From the NCBI GenBank assembly GCA_051362555.1, contig CM120642.1, forward strand, positions 20,522,001 to 20,586,000: 64,000 nucleotides of DNA. Reading direction: 5' to 3'. This DNA is from Lingula anatina (Eukaryota; Animalia; Brachiopoda). A program made the position numbers and the translations under genes. This document shows, in pieces, positions 35,768 through 50,833 of the stretch; position 1 is the first letter of the stretch, and each line of letters begins with the position of its first letter. The notes beneath the pieces are model-generated. The model was given only the letters and a program-made list of their open reading frames with translations. It was not told where the DNA came from and did no database searches.

Positions 35768-38705
35768 TGTGAACGGTGCGGTGACAATCTTCGCATAATC
35801 AAGACTACCAACTACCGTGACAACTGAAGGACTTTGCCAAGGTGTCATTTTGAAGCTTGGAAAAAGAAATTTCATCAAACACATAACGAAAAAACACTGA
35901 AGAAGTCTTTCTAACTATTAAAAGCTTCATGTTTATAATAAGAATGAAATAATTTATCAGAGAAAATGAGAAGGTGAACACTAGCTTTAAATGACACACT
36001 ATATTTTGCATGGCACATATACTAGCCAAAAAAGAAACGCAAGTTTTGTTATGTCTATGGATTTAAATGGTAGTATATTGTCCAGTAACATGTGTGCTCT
36101 CCCCTGGCTGCAATACAGTCCTCTTACTCATGGACCGGACGAGACCTCGAATGCGGACCTTGGACAACCTTCTCCATTCTTAACTCTATGACGATGGTAG
36201 GCCGTGGCTGGTGGTTATGAGGTCGTTTGCCCAGTTCATCGCAGACTCGCTCAATGGGAGATATGCCGGTGTAACGAAACAGAAAGTCCGCCCTCCATAT
36301 AGTTATAATGGTTAGGGTTAGCCAGACCTAAGTGGGTCAAAATCTAGGGCAAGGATCACCTGTGCAAATGAATGAGAAGCGGACTCTCTGATATGGGGCA
36401 CTCTCTGCCACGTTACATCGGCACTAAAAACTGGCCATGGAAGAGGCTATCCTGGCAGTATGTGCTATCCTGGCAGTATGGAGACGGGCGTTGTCCTGTC
36501 AGAGAAAGGGTGGGGCTGGGTGTTGCAGCATAAATGGCACAACAGCTGTCCTTAGGACTTTGTCTCTGTACTGCTGACCAGTCAGATGTATACCAATCAC
36601 TGCAATCACCATAAGTTCTTTCTGGAAATTCCCACGTACGCCCGCCCAAACCATAACACTGTGCCAATGGCAATGACACGATCCCTGTCCAGATCAGCAA
36701 GATGATGACAGTATGGAAGTCAGTGTCCTAAACTTGGTTTTCTGATTTCAGGATCCATTAGCATTGATTGTGGACAAATCATTTCTGCAAGACTTTATCT
36801 AAAGCAAGCCATTGTCTAAATAACTCAAGCGTATCAGTTCTCTACTGAAGGACAGAGACAGTTCGCAGACTAACATGTGCTTTTTTTGGTCAATTTTAAG
36901 CTCTGTGGTCAAAACAAAAACTTGCGTTTCTTTTCTCTTTTCTGCCTAGTATATATTTTATATAGAACTTAAACTGTTGTCAGTAATGAAAGATATCTAC
37001 AGATCTTGGGTTATGGGCAAGTTACTATCTAAAAAACTATTCATTTTATACCCCAGTTAAAAAGTTAGTTATTATCAATGATAGTAGCTGATGTTTCTCT
37101 CTTGTCGAAATAAGTTAGCAATAAAAACCAAGTCCGAAGAATAGCTCATCAATTCTTTTTTTTTAATGATAACCTAGAAATGTAAATTAAAAAACGAAAA
37201 ATGCCCATGACCCTCGGTTTATCTTTGATCAAACGATAGTTGTCATCCAATGGAATCGCAGTCTAGGTCGGTCAAAACACGAAAGACGCCATACTGGTTG
37301 GTTAAAGGTACATACGAACCGAGCATCGGTGGAGCGTGGATTCCCAGTAACACATGTAAACCACTTCTACTAGATTCTTATATGACTCAAATAAATTCGA
37401 CATGCCAAGGGATAAACTGAATAGATCACTTGATCAGCCATAAAAGACCTTTAGACTGCTCCTTTCTTTAAATTTTTGGTTGTAAATTTAACCTACTTTC
37501 GTGACCTACTTTCCTGCCCCATTGACATACATTGTACAGCTTAGAATGCCAGCAGAAAAATCCGTTCAAACATCATTTTCGGGTAAAATTAAACAATGCC
37601 TTTTGGTAATTCTCTTATTTATACTACTTGAAACTATATGCTGGCATTTGGTTGGTTTTTGTGACAAAAAATTGTATGCATCTTTAAGAGATCAGAAGAT
37701 TTTTCCATCCGCCATTTAAATTTCATATGTAAGCGACTGGCTATCCTAGGTAACGACCAATACATATCACAAGGCTTTTCATTCATATAGTAACCAAATG
37801 AAAGTTCAGAATATGATTCTCTAGAATAATTCGGTGTTTCCTGAGTGCCGGTGTCGGGGATAGAAGCCAGACACCAAGGCCTTCTTGCTCGGTTAGTGTT
37901 GCAATTTTGCCTTGGAAGATTCTTAGGTTTGCAGGAGAAAACTGAGAAAACATTTTACCATAAATCTCAATGTGAACTTATACTCAATTTTCCGTGCCCT
38001 TTCGTTTGTTATCCAGCTTCAAGACGAAACCAAGCGACACGCTCAATAATATCAACTTACAAATTGTACAAATTGTACATACAAATAATTATTGGTAAAC
38101 ACAAGAAATTCTTTTGCCACTGAACCACAGGCCTTAATACACAAATGAATCGATCTCATAATGAAATTCATTAATTTCATTAATTTTTTACTGTCCAGCG
38201 GCAATCCGATATCTATAATCCTTTACACACATATTAGTTTTGACGTACAATAAAAACCCGTTTAACTGGTCAAATTTAAAAGGTCAAAGTGAAAATTTTC
38301 GCTTTCTTCGGTGCACTGGTTACGCAGATACGAAATATTAATTTCATAATACGATTGGCCTTCAAATTAATAAAACTTTATTTTTGGAAACTATTTTTGC
38401 GCATTTAAATTCGTTACATTGTGGATTTGATTTCCCTTCTCTCCTAGAGTAAAACTGAAGAAAAAATTACAGCATTTGCAACTAATTAAACTGCAATGCA
38501 AAGTTCGTTAGCCGACTCTGTTATTTGCAGAGTCGCCTCTCGTGAACTCACTTGTCTTGTGGTTAGTTCGGTGTTTTCCGCTTATTTTTCCTGAAGTACT
38601 TATGGATTTCATGTTCTTCTAGATCGTTACTTTGTTTGATAATTAAATAAATCACGATATCTTTTTATCATCTGACTACTTAAGCTAATATAGGTTATAC
38701 ATATA

Positions 38706-40354
38706 CAGGGTTGCTTCTTAATATGGAATATTTTTTATCATTGTTAATTTTGAGTGCTGATTAAATTTTTTTGGGCTTGAGTCATTAAAAAAGTATGTCA
38801 CCGAGTGATAAAAACATCCAGTCTTCTGTTGTGAGATATTTTGGTCAATGATATCAAATCTGACATTAGATGCCATTCAAAAGAAAGGAACACCCCCAGA
38901 AAACCATATCAACAGTTTGATGTCAGTATTAACTTTAAGCTAAGATATTAAAGAAAATGAAAGCCTCCGGACAGTGATATGTTACACAGTCAAAGAACTC
39001 ACTACAGTAAATCATGAAAAGTCAGTAATTGCGGGTATGACCTCCAGCAGCCGCTTGCAGCGCCCTCATCCTACACGGCATACCCTGTGACACGTTTTTT
39101 AGAGTTTGGGTGGGGATATCATTCTACGCAGTGATATTTGCCTGTCGCAGTTCATCAATATTTACCGGCCGATGACCATAGCTATTAATTGTGCGAGTTA
39201 CTTTTGCCTAAAGTTTTTCAATTTGGTTCATATTTGGAGAGTTTGCAGGCCAGGGCAGTTGCTGAACCCATTGGTTTTGAAGAAAAACTGCGATTCGGCG
39301 GCCTCGATGTGGGGTTGCGCAGTCGTCTTGGTAAACAAAGTTGTTCCTGCAGATGACTCTTAGCATTGTTTGCTGTAGAATGTCTCTGTAGGAATCCTGG
39401 ATGAGGTTGCCTCCTAGAAAAACCAACTAGTTCTGGGCACCGACATGAAATGTCCCCCAAACAGAGACGTTACCACCCCCTGCTTGCACCCTAGGCAGCA
39501 CACAATCATCGTTTTATGCCCCTCGTACACGTCGGTGGACATGGATTCGACCATCAACCCTAAAAAATCCATATCTGGCCTCATCACTGAAAACGACGTG
39601 ATTCCAGTGTTTTGGCTGCAAACGCACGTGGTCCCCAGCCCATTGCAGACGTCGCTGTTTATGACCTGCTGTTAACAGTGGTTTCCCTACTGGCCTTTGT
39701 GCAAAATAACCGGCTTTCAGTAATCTCTTGTTCACGAGGGACCTTGAAACGGGCGTTTGAATGACATTCTGCGACTCTTTTCTGAGGACACTGGTTGTCT
39801 TTGTACGACCAGCACGGTGACCTCTAAGGAGAAGGCGATCCTGTCTTCTTGGTGTGATACGCGGACACCCTGAGTCGAGGTATTTGAGTAGGTGCCCCTG
39901 TTGCAGTATTTCTTTGGAGGATTTTACAAACGGTTCTTGATAAATGTTGAATTACCTTGCAATGGCAGCCGTTTCTGGCCATTTTCTCTGAGAGCAAGAA
40001 TCCCATAGTAAGCTGCGTTGCTTAGCTGTCGAACCATATCTTCACTAAGGTACCTGTCAAGTTTCAGAGCGATCCCTCTGTTGCTTCTCTGAACACACTC
40101 CAAAGATTGACCAAACCCATCCGTTTTTATACAAGGGCAGAAATTGCCGAAAAGACCACCCCTCACATTTCTGACCACAGAACATGCACAGAACATGCAA
40201 CTGTTTCGAGAGTTGTGTGGTAATTAGGTAACACACCTGGCTACACATGGAGTGACATCTCAGCTTTGGATTTAAAGTAGTAAGAGAGAAATTTAATATT
40301 TTGTAGAAAATTTACTCGCCAAAAAATAATATTCCATATTAAGTGGTAACCCTG
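38706..40354 (-). mobile_element. Full-length but decayed Tc1-family (DD34E-type) transposon
   Basis: TA TSDs and TIRs CAGGGTTGCTTCTTAATATGGAATATT / AATATTCCATATTAAGTGGTAACCCTG. A frameshifted transposase at about 40037-39022 retains WNHVVFSDEARY, FVYQDDCATPH, WPANSPNMNQIE and a GGHTRNY* end. Confidence 0.9.
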
Positions 40355-40695
40355 TAGTTATGTTTATTTATAATCACAATTATTGGTATAGTTGGTCATA
40401 TTTAAAAACGTCCCAATTTATTGATATTCTGGAATAGGAATAGCCCTATATTCCACGTTCTATGAAAAATATGGTGATAAAACCCCAGTTAAAATCTACC
40501 AATCTTAAACACTATAACAATGCAAACAATACCGTCCCCCCGATGTCTCTTTTCAGTCACAAATTAAGAAACCTTTGACATGCGCTGCCTATTGATTATA
40601 TTATTTTCTTATTTCTAGACCTTTATATCATATTATATCACTCCAGAAAGCCCCAGGCTAAAGACTTTAAAAACAGTGGCAATAATTGCACTGAC

Positions 40696-41000
40696 AAAAA
40701 GTAGGTCAATTGCCTGAATAAATTTGCCATAGGATTATTGATTTTTCTACTTGAGGAACGTTTCAGGGGGGCCCAGATGAGAGAGATGTATTAAGATGCC
40801 AGAAAAATACTTGGGATGAATGGGACTAATAAAAACCAGACTATGTTACAGACATTAAGAAAGATGTAAAACTAGCCCACTTTTCCATTTTCACCTTGTA
40901 AAAATCCGCTGGCATGATGTCATTTCTATATATCATCTGTCTCCCCCTAAACTGTTGCGGACCGCGTAAATTGTTCAGGTCCCGGGAAACGCGGAATATC
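40696..41000 (+). repeat. Dispersed repeat, second copy at about 52374-52655
   Basis: Shared blocks aaaagtaggtcaattgcctg.ataaa.ttgccata, gtaaaactagccca, catctgtctc.ccct and gaccgcgt.aa.tgttcag.tcccgggaa. Confidence 0.75.
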
Positions 41001-41141
41001 CAGGTGCCATAATATCAGCCGGCAAACGATGTTTTAGATACGTAATTGTTGGAGGCGGGAAGTTGAACGTGGTGGAATGAGGGGAATTTATTTCCTGATT
41101 TATTTTACCGATAAGATTGAACCTAAAGGAGTTAGCCCCCC

Positions 41142-41173
<32 letters not shown>

Positions 41174-43307
41174 TCCCCCCCCCCCCCTCTGGCATTGGGC
41201 CGTTCCATTTCTCATGGCATCACTTTGTGGCGCTTTTATTTACCTGATATTCTCATTTGGTTAAAACAGATAACTTGCAATTCAATATCGAGTGCATATT
41301 TTGATCTAAATAACGTGCTTCCATGTATTGTAGTTGATCATCATTTATTTCCCTTCTCTCAAGCATTTTCCTCGTCCTACGACACTGAGTGATAAAAACA
41401 TTTTCGAATACTTCAGTTCAAACATAAATTGTGAGCTTCCGTGTCTGATCTCTAATATCGATGTGTTGTTTACCAGGATTTGAGTTTATAAGGATAAAAC
41501 GTTTTAAGCACAGCATGCTAACCAATCCCATAACTCGCCTCACTTAGAACTCTTTATTTCGTCCGTCATGCCAAGATTGTTTTCAATACATTGTCCGCTG
41601 ACACTGTAAATCACTCGATTCATAGGGGCCTAATATCTGTTACTTTGTAATGGATATACATATTAGATTTAAAAGAGTAATATGATGTGCCCAGGTATTG
41701 TGGGGTTAAATATTAAAAAACAGGCTTCCAGTCTTCATCTACACACTTCTCCATTGGAACAGTTATAAAATGAGAATATATGAGTCTATAATCAAAATTT
41801 TTCAAAATATGTATAAATGGTAACATAACATGCACAGTAGACCGCTGATCGATCAATATGGCCAGCGCCTTATTCTTGTTATAATACACCGCGAAGAAAT
41901 TCCCCTTACCAACTGCCACTACGAAGTCTGAATCTTTTCTGAAGTCGGGATCGACAATTGATATATAATTTGGGGACGTCCGTGTAGAGGCTGACCAACA
42001 GATTAAGTATGCAGCTTCGTACATGCATGGTGCACTAGGTCGTTACTTGTAATTAACAACAAAATGGACGAATCATTGACGCATAGTAGTCCTAGTACAC
42101 TTTACCCGTAATGATCAATAACAATTTTACTTTATTCGTACTTTCAAACACTGTCAAAACGCGTTCTCTCAATCATTTTTACATTGTTCTTGAATTTCGA
42201 TGTTCTTTAGAATTCCTCTTTTGTTTTTCTCAGCCATTCAAGGCGCCACGAGTTCACTTTATGTGAAATACAAAATTTAGCCGAGTTTTTTTCAAATGTC
42301 GTTAACTCAATTGAATTTAACATTAGGCGTCATTTGTCTGTGTGTAATAATACGTGGTGCTGCTGTTTCCTTTGGTAATGCCTTCTCAAGAGTCAAAGTG
42401 ATAATTCCATCTCGTTGATCTCTCTGAAATATTTTGATAGACAATTTGTCTGGAGAACAATATTCAAAGATTGATAAAGGACTTGAAAATAACTGTGAAC
42501 AAATAGAAATAGACAATGCTTGCGTGGAGAAATCGTTTTTTAGCGGGACGCATTTCTAGATTTGATGTTTACTTCCTCGGATTAAGTTGATCGTCAATAG
42601 TGTGTATATTTGCATTTGTAACGAATATATATGAACTGTGGCATTTGATGTTCCTTATTGTTTCCAACAAGTTTATATTTTCATTGCCTCAATTGTGTAC
42701 TTAGAATTCCAAATCTTGCGTTATTTTTTCACTATTATCAATCAAGTTGAAATTATTTGCAATCCAGTCTGTGAGCTGATTCACTGTCAATACAGCAATT
42801 AGCTGGTGAATGTACTTTCGTGTGTACATAGAATTTACCAGCAATGACACTACAAGTCTCTTTTCTTCGAAAACAAACACGCATTTTCCTGATCGTTCAG
42901 TTTCCTGTTTTTCTTAGAAATCTCGATACTTATTCGCGTAGCGTTTCATTTCCTGTGTCTATAATTGGTTCTTTATCAGGTAATGTACGGAAATGGGGGT
43001 TTAAATATACAGGTTTCAAGCCGCTTCTCCTTTTCCGTGCCTCCTCTGAGGATTTGCCAGTCGTTAGAAAAGATCCAAAATATCGGTAAAATGCTAAAAT
43101 ATCGATGTTTTAACCACCGCACGTTATGTCCTCGTCTTAAACTGTATCCAGTGAGTCACGTGGCCACCGTTACCGACTTATCTGAATGCATAGCCCACTT
43201 GTGTGTATACTGGCCTAGTATTCAGTTATCAGTGGCAGACTCCGGCCACTTGGTGTCATATGTGTTTGTGGTGGCTGTACTGAACTGAGATATCTAATTT
43301 GCAAACT

Positions 43308-46300
43308 ATGTTCCTGTCCTTTGAAGAAATCGTAGTCAGGGCCAGTGCCGTTTGCATGCTGCTAAGTACAGCGGTGAAATCAGGTAAGCAAATGTTATAA
43401 CTAATATACACTGCTCACAAGATAGATGTGTAGCATTCCTTGTCAATCAAGGCCTATTTGTTTTTACAGTTTTCAATCGTTATGTTTTCAGTCCTTAAAG
43501 ATTAAAATAACAGCTTTTTTATTCATCAGTTGCACGCTTAGTTATCTAATTTTGAAATGTATAAGGTTGTGAAAGTCTTCGTGACATTTGAGACAATTTA
43601 CTCAGTTGGCTGTAAGCGATGCTTCAGAAAGTATCCACTATGGACCTGGTTCATAATGTAGGAAAGATCAGAGTTCCTATACAACAGCACGTACATGGCA
43701 TATATACGTCGTTTTGAAGTTATATACACAGCACATGTGTAATTTCTGTGGTGGTCTGTAAAATGGCATCATTCTCAGTCATGTGACAGGTAAAAATGCA
43801 ATGAATTTGACTTTGAAATTAAAAAGAACGAATGCATGGCTACCCCAACGGCCTTGGTTACCTTTGACACGTGTACTACATTTACCTGGGCACAATGTAA
43901 ATGTTTTTCCTATATCAATACTTTGTTAAAAATTTTACTTCCACATTCAAATCCCTTTGAATTATCACACTGACTTATGTCGCTAATAAGTGACCCAGAG
44001 AGAAAGAGATACTCGAAGTCGTCCCACTATAAACGGTAAGCTGTTGGAGACGCTAGCATTTGTGAAAAATGCTGCTTCCAGTGTTTATGATAGGCTAGTA
44101 CAGGCTAGAAGGGTCGTCTGATACAGCCAGGGTAGCACCCCATTTGTGTCATTCCACACATTTTACTAGATTTTTAGCGCCCTGGTCCAACATTTATTGT
44201 GTCACGTACCGTCTGCATACAGTTATCATGTCCTTTGCGTCCCTTAGTGTGATAATCAACTTTATATATATATGATATATATAATTGAATTCGATCTCTT
44301 TATCTTATCAGTATGTATCATGACACTGGAGACGTGGGAATGTAAACCCTAATCAGTGGTTATAACTCTGACGCCGGTCAGGTTAATAAAATAGTTCATA
44401 TATATTTTGATTTGTTATATGATCTCGTCCTAACTTAGTCGTAGCGAAACATCTCATGCGCAATGTTGGGTTCAATTTGTTAGGTTTACCCCCCCCCTCC
44501 CCCCCCCCCCCCCCCCCAAAAAAAAAAAATAAATGGGTCTCTTACAAAAAAGTAAAACGATAGGGTTTATTTGATGGCATAAATGAAGTAACCTTTTACT
44601 TAAGGTTAACTGCCAATTTTTGCCGAAGACACACTCTCCACCTCTGACTCAAATGGTAAATAAAAGAGGCGAAGTCATGATAATCGAACGAGAACGCTGG
44701 GAAATAATACATGACACTGTATTGATGTAGTGCTAAAAAAACTGACTCACTCAAATAAAAAATTTAACATCAACTTCTTAATACAATGAATGAAGAGCGT
44801 CTTGTGCGCAATGAAGAAATCATCCGCAGGCTATTGTCATGGCAAGCAATCGTTGACAGACGTGACTTTTGATTGAAATAGACCCATGCATTTCCTTGTT
44901 CATGGCTTCTCCGGAAAATGTGTGTGTGCCTTAGGGATAATGAAGAATCGACAAAATCCATCCCCTTCATTTAACATTAAAGACTCTTCAAGCCAGAACA
45001 AAGTTGACACAACTGAGAAGGATTGTTTAGTTTAAACTCGTGCGGATCCTTCTGATGAAAACCAAGCGCCTGGTGAACCCTCCAATAGGCATTGACGAAG
45101 AGAGTTCGATAACTTAAAATAACGCCAATCCCGTCTTATTGGCTGACTCTCAGACGTCAGCGTTTCACAGGAAATCAAGGGTCGATACGGCCGGAATATG
45201 AAGATCAGTTTGGAGCTTTGAATGATGTTAACCTTCATGAGTGACAGGACAGAGAAACGATACAAATCGAAATGAGATTTCAGTGAGGCATTGAAAAGTT
45301 CTGTAAACACAAACAGTGAACATCTTACATCTTTGACATTCATGTTATTAATTTTAATTAAAATAAGATGCTTCCATGTATTGGAGTCCAAAAACGACAA
45401 AAGTGAATGATATTTACTCATTATATAATCTGAAGGAGTAACTTAATAATATAACATATCCGTCTCAAGGACACATTTAAGTATCGAGTGCACTCCTCAA
45501 GTCCAGGTTTCGCTCTCGTTAAGGCGTGTGCTCGCAGCGTCTTTTGTCTATTGCACTGGGAAACAATCGAAGTCGTATTATTGCGATATTTACATTTCAG
45601 TAACGATGGCCGAACGCCCCTAGGACCCGAAGTACGGACATTTGGTCCTACATGTAGTTTCGATTGATCACGCCATTTCTTTTCGGTCACAAATTAATCT
45701 ATTCTTTTTTAAACCGCATCCTTTGTTTTATTGGGCAAACAGCGTGTGGTCACTGCTTTATTTGTAACTCTTGAGAACTAATCAGAGATGTCCAAATGTC
45801 ACAATATTTGTTAGTAAATACAACATAATGTGCCGTTTGAATTATTCATTAATCAGCGCTGGTTTCTCAGTATTGGCTTATGCAGAAGGCCAACAGTTCG
45901 ATAGAAACAACAGTTTATCTAACCGAAAAGACTCCACGGAAAGCTGAGTATTATTTGTTATCTTTTCAGAACTGTACCCGGTCACTGGAAGCCAAAGGCT
46001 CACAGATCGAAGCAGTGATGCTTGGTCAGGGGAAATCCAGCTAGGTTTTACTTTGCCGTTCTATGGTCATAGCTATACATCTATATACGTAAGTTTTGTG
46101 GGACTATCTCACTGTTTTCTTCAACTTTTTTACGTGTAGGCCGACTGGTAAAATTTGCATAAAAATTAAAGTACCTTCTTTGAACAGTTTCTAATGATGA
46201 GCAATGTTCTTGATTTCAACTGATATGTTTCTGGAAGAAAGTTAAGAGCATTAAAGGCTAGACGAAAAAGGTGCTGAAGACTACAAAATTATATTTGAGT

Positions 46301-49300
46301 CTTTTAGCCTTACAGAGACTTTTCTTTGCCCAATGATTAAAACGTAGAACTGAAATTGCAGGCCTTTTAGATAGTATAGCGGCACACGGCTTTCGATAGA
46401 ATTCCACACCTATCGCGTCAACAAAGCGTGATGTTTATTGATTTCCTTTGGTCGGATAAGCTGTTATGATGTTTGCAAATTATTTGTCAATAATGTCATC
46501 TCAACTTCAGCTGTTCGCATCCCCAGCAATCTGTCATTGAATTATTGAGTTTTTGTGAAATATTACACTGTATTATGATGTATTACTTTGAACGGGACGG
46601 TCCTTAATACAGCGTCGAGTTGCTCAATGCTTAGTTTCCGTTTTTTTCTGCGATTAGCCAAAGACGCGGCGTGTGTAGTTGCTGAGTCTCTTTGAACAAG
46701 GCTCTTTTAAGTTTTCTATTCATTTTAAGTCCACATGAAATCAGACCTTTAGGCTTGTTTTAAAGAGTGGCTCTGTATGAGAAATGTAGGACTGGGGCAA
46801 TGCTGCCAGGTGAAGTTAATAGCGCCTTGATAAGTTGAAGCTTTTCCGATATGTTAGTGCTTTTATCAAAACTATATGAGACAGGATAATTTCGTGGTCC
46901 CTCAGAGGCTATAAAAATCGGGCTACATGGGTGAAGCTCAGTAGAAATGATAGCACTGACTTACCTAGCCTCTATTTTCCACTCCTCAGGGAGGGGGGGG
47001 GGGCAGAGGAGAGGGAGAGGCACCTGACTGAACCAGCACATCTGAGGGGTGACAGGTGGTACATGTAATTTCTTTCACAGTCCTCATTTACCTGATGAAG
47101 TCAGACTGTCAGCAGACAAAATATTGGCTGGCAAATCTCAGCTAATTTTTCTAAAGCCATTGAAAATGAAACTTTAGTTGTTTATCGTATTGCATGTAAA
47201 AATTGATGCTTAAATTACCTTCTGCAATAAAAGTTTATCGATAAGGTACAAGTACTGCATTTTAGATGTTATAAACTCAAGCAATAACTTTACAGCTCAC
47301 ACCCTCCACAGAATTTTGGGAAAACAAAAGCATGTTCTGTCAAGTACAAATATAATAAGAATGTATAAAAATCTACTAGAAGAAAAATAATATCAATGAA
47401 AGCTACGTGTACATGTATAACTGATAAAGGGAGCATTTTTAAAAGCCGTCTAAAATTATTTAGTGTTACGTTTTTTTCAGTAAAGATACGTTTAAATTTA
47501 TGATATCATCAGTAATGTTTAAAACTTATTTTCACCATGCTTTTGCAGGTTTCGAGTAATGGCTATCTTGCCTTTAGTCCTGACGCCAAACCTTTCCAAC
47601 ATCCCAGAAATGGCACGTGGCCAAATAAGGGATTTCCCTCCAAACCGGATCCGCCGCTGATAGCCCCATATTATGCTCAAGTCCAACTAACCCCGTCAAC
47701 TTGGCAAGGGCCGGAAAATGTCGGAGAGGTGCTGTGGAAAATAGTGTCTGATTCTGCAGAGTTACAGAGGTAAATTCAGCGGGTGATTTGTGCCTTTTGA
47801 ACTTAGCCCGGTGTAAGGAAACGGGTATGTGTGTGTGTGTGTATGTGTGTGTGTGTGGGGGGGGGGGGTACTAGAGAGTCCGCCCAACGTTATATCCGTA
47901 CAGGTTAGGGTAAGCAAGACGTAAGTGGGACAGGTTTTACAGTAGGCCTATACCTGTACATATCAATAGCCACTCTGCAAAACATGTCTTCAGGTACAAA
48001 ATAATTGCTGACGTTTTCTTGTAATTACAATGCCAAATGTTACTTGCATTCTATTTATCAAGAGAAATTTAGTGCTTTTGACTAATGTTTGGTCTTCATA
48101 AATCAACTGAAAACAAACCCATTATCAAATTTCGAGACAACAAAAAAATATCATCAGAAACGTTAGCATCTGCTTGCAATTAAAGATATCGCATGTTAAA
48201 TATATTTTATCCCGCTAAAAAAACGGCGTTTTGTCGGTATTTGAAAACATTACGTACATGTACATGCTATCTCTCCGTATAAATTTTTGTGAACAAAGTA
48301 CAGAGTTACAGATTATCTGTTTTAATATCCACTGGTAATATGTAAGACTGGCTTGCTGCATCATCGTCTTAAATTGACCCTTTAAAGGAGAACCGCCATT
48401 CAACATAATATACATATATATAATTGTGTTCGTTTCTTTGCTACGCCAGGTTTACGGAAACAGTGCGGACATCTATGGTAGATGTGGACAACTTCGAGGC
48501 TACTCATGCATTTCTTGCCACGTGGATCAATGTTACTTGCAATGGATGTTTTAACGTGAACTTGGAACAATATCCAGTAAGTTATTATCCTTTAGACATC
48601 ACATCAAGTATACGGCTTCTCACTGAGTGAGGTGTGCCTAAATCCAATGCGTTGGACCTTTATTGCATTTTGATTCAAAATATGGCTCAAATGTTAAGAT
48701 ATTTCAAAATTTGCCCTATCGAAATTAAAAATGGAGATTAAAATGAGCTTTTATCTCACTATAAATTTTATTAAAATATATTTTATACAACTAGCGAAAC
48801 ACGTTCCAAGTTGCTGTAGTGACGGACGAGATCAGGACGTATGCCTTGGTCACGTACACGAGGTTAACGTGGACAGGGGGCTCACAGACAGGGGGAGACG
48901 CAGCCACAGGGACGGGAGCTAGGTATCCGCCAGCACAGGTACGTCATCACTGATGATATGTACGTCATCTTAGCTGTGGTGCGTTGATCCAAATGAAAAT
49001 GACTGGCTAAATGTTTTTAAAGGACCATGCATGTGGAAATCGATATTTCATTTGAATATTTCCTTTGAAAGGACAATGTTGAAGGACTGTTCCTTGTGCC
49101 GTGTCGTCTCTGGTTTCATGTGGATTTTGAATAAACAAGTTAAATTGTACAATAACATATTTGAATTATTCAAATGGGCATTCCTGGTAATTTATTGAAT
49201 CTTAAAAGATTACCAAAGTAACTATTCGTAATGTTCTCACGCAACACGCGTTGGCCATACTGGAACTGGCATCTCTAAAATACATATAGGTAACTATGAC

Positions 49301-50798
49301 TGGCAATAACTGACATTATTCGATTACTATAGGCATTTTTTAACGCCGGGAATGCTACCTACGGGTTTCATCTCCCATCATCGGGAACAAAGGATGACCA
49401 AATACTCTGTCTGCCACAACTAGGAGGAAGTGATGTAGATGGAAGATATGTATTTGAGATATCTGATGACGTCATTAAACCAGGAGGTTGCCTTAAAACC
49501 AGTAGTGAGTAATATTCGGATTCATATTATCTGTATATAAATATGCTTCTGTGCGTTGTAGCGAATGAGTCAGTTGTATAGATATTGTAGATGTAAATAG
49601 TTTTGTTCTTTAGAAAAGAATAATCTAACAAATAAAAAGTCATGTAAATTAACATATTGGGGATGCATTAGCCCCACAAGTAATTTTGGACTTTACGCTA
49701 CAGGTAATGTAATACGCCTAGTGCTGAGTCCTACCTTTGGCGACATGTTTGGTGGAAATGTTGTCGAGTTCACAGGCCCTTGCTTCTCTCCGTCTGATCA
49801 CATCACGTGCACGTTTAATGATGTCGAAGTTAGCGCGACGTACATTAACAGACTCAGAGCACAGTGTGTAGTTCCAAATCTCACCGTCAGAGGGCAAGTG
49901 CAGCTGACAGTGTCACTCAATAGTGGACATAAATATTCCACAACGTATACCATCGGTATGTCACTGTTATAATACCACATTAAGTTTCAGTAGATTTTTT
50001 TCACTATTCCTATGTGAAGTTGTTCATAAAGCATTTTCCTTCAGTAACTCGAATGTTGCGAGACTTATGAATCATTTAATCTCTAGCGGGATCTACAATG
50101 TACTTTTAAAATGCATGATACGCTTTAAGAAGACAGAAAATCTGCATGTGATACATTCGAATTGAAGGCTTGCGGGGATACTTTACATTTAATACAAATT
50201 TACAGCGTTAACATTTTTAAGCAATCACAACATTTTTTCATAGCTATAATTTGAACTCGGGCTAAAATAGCATTTTCAAATGTCAAAATTTTTGCATAAC
50301 TATATTTTATTATCTCATTTAGCTAACCCCGGAACTCTCCCGCGAGGTGTCCAGTTACTGAACGCCACTGCCTGGGGTGTTTATAACCCCGAGCGTCTCG
50401 AGCTGACGTGGGACACCGCTCTGCTAGATCCCGCTCGAGACCCAAGTGTCAAGGTCAACGTCGAACTTCATGGGTACAGGGAAGAAACAACAAAAGTGGG
50501 TACCAGATATGAGAAACGAAATTCAATTTGACATGATTTACCTGGAGAAAATAATTTTGTTAAGATTTTTTGGTCATCTCAGTATTTAACTTTTTTATAT
50601 TTTGAATACTGTATATGATGCAATCTACAGCTAGGTTATGGCACCGCTCTTTGTATATAGGTCTACAGTGTTGAGTATATAAACATGTAAGAGATGAGAC
50701 CGTATAGTTCGTATTTACCCCCACCCACCTCAATTTTTGCTGGATATGTTAGCATTTATGGTTTATTTTTGCGATTTAATTTATGATAATGATCAAAA

Positions 50799-50833
<35 letters not shown>

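Noticed and set aside
44770-45690. Cluster of short minus-strand ORFs in intron 1 of the Mesh-like gene
   Set aside because: There are no recognisable motifs or consistent splice structure; probably decayed repeat sequence.
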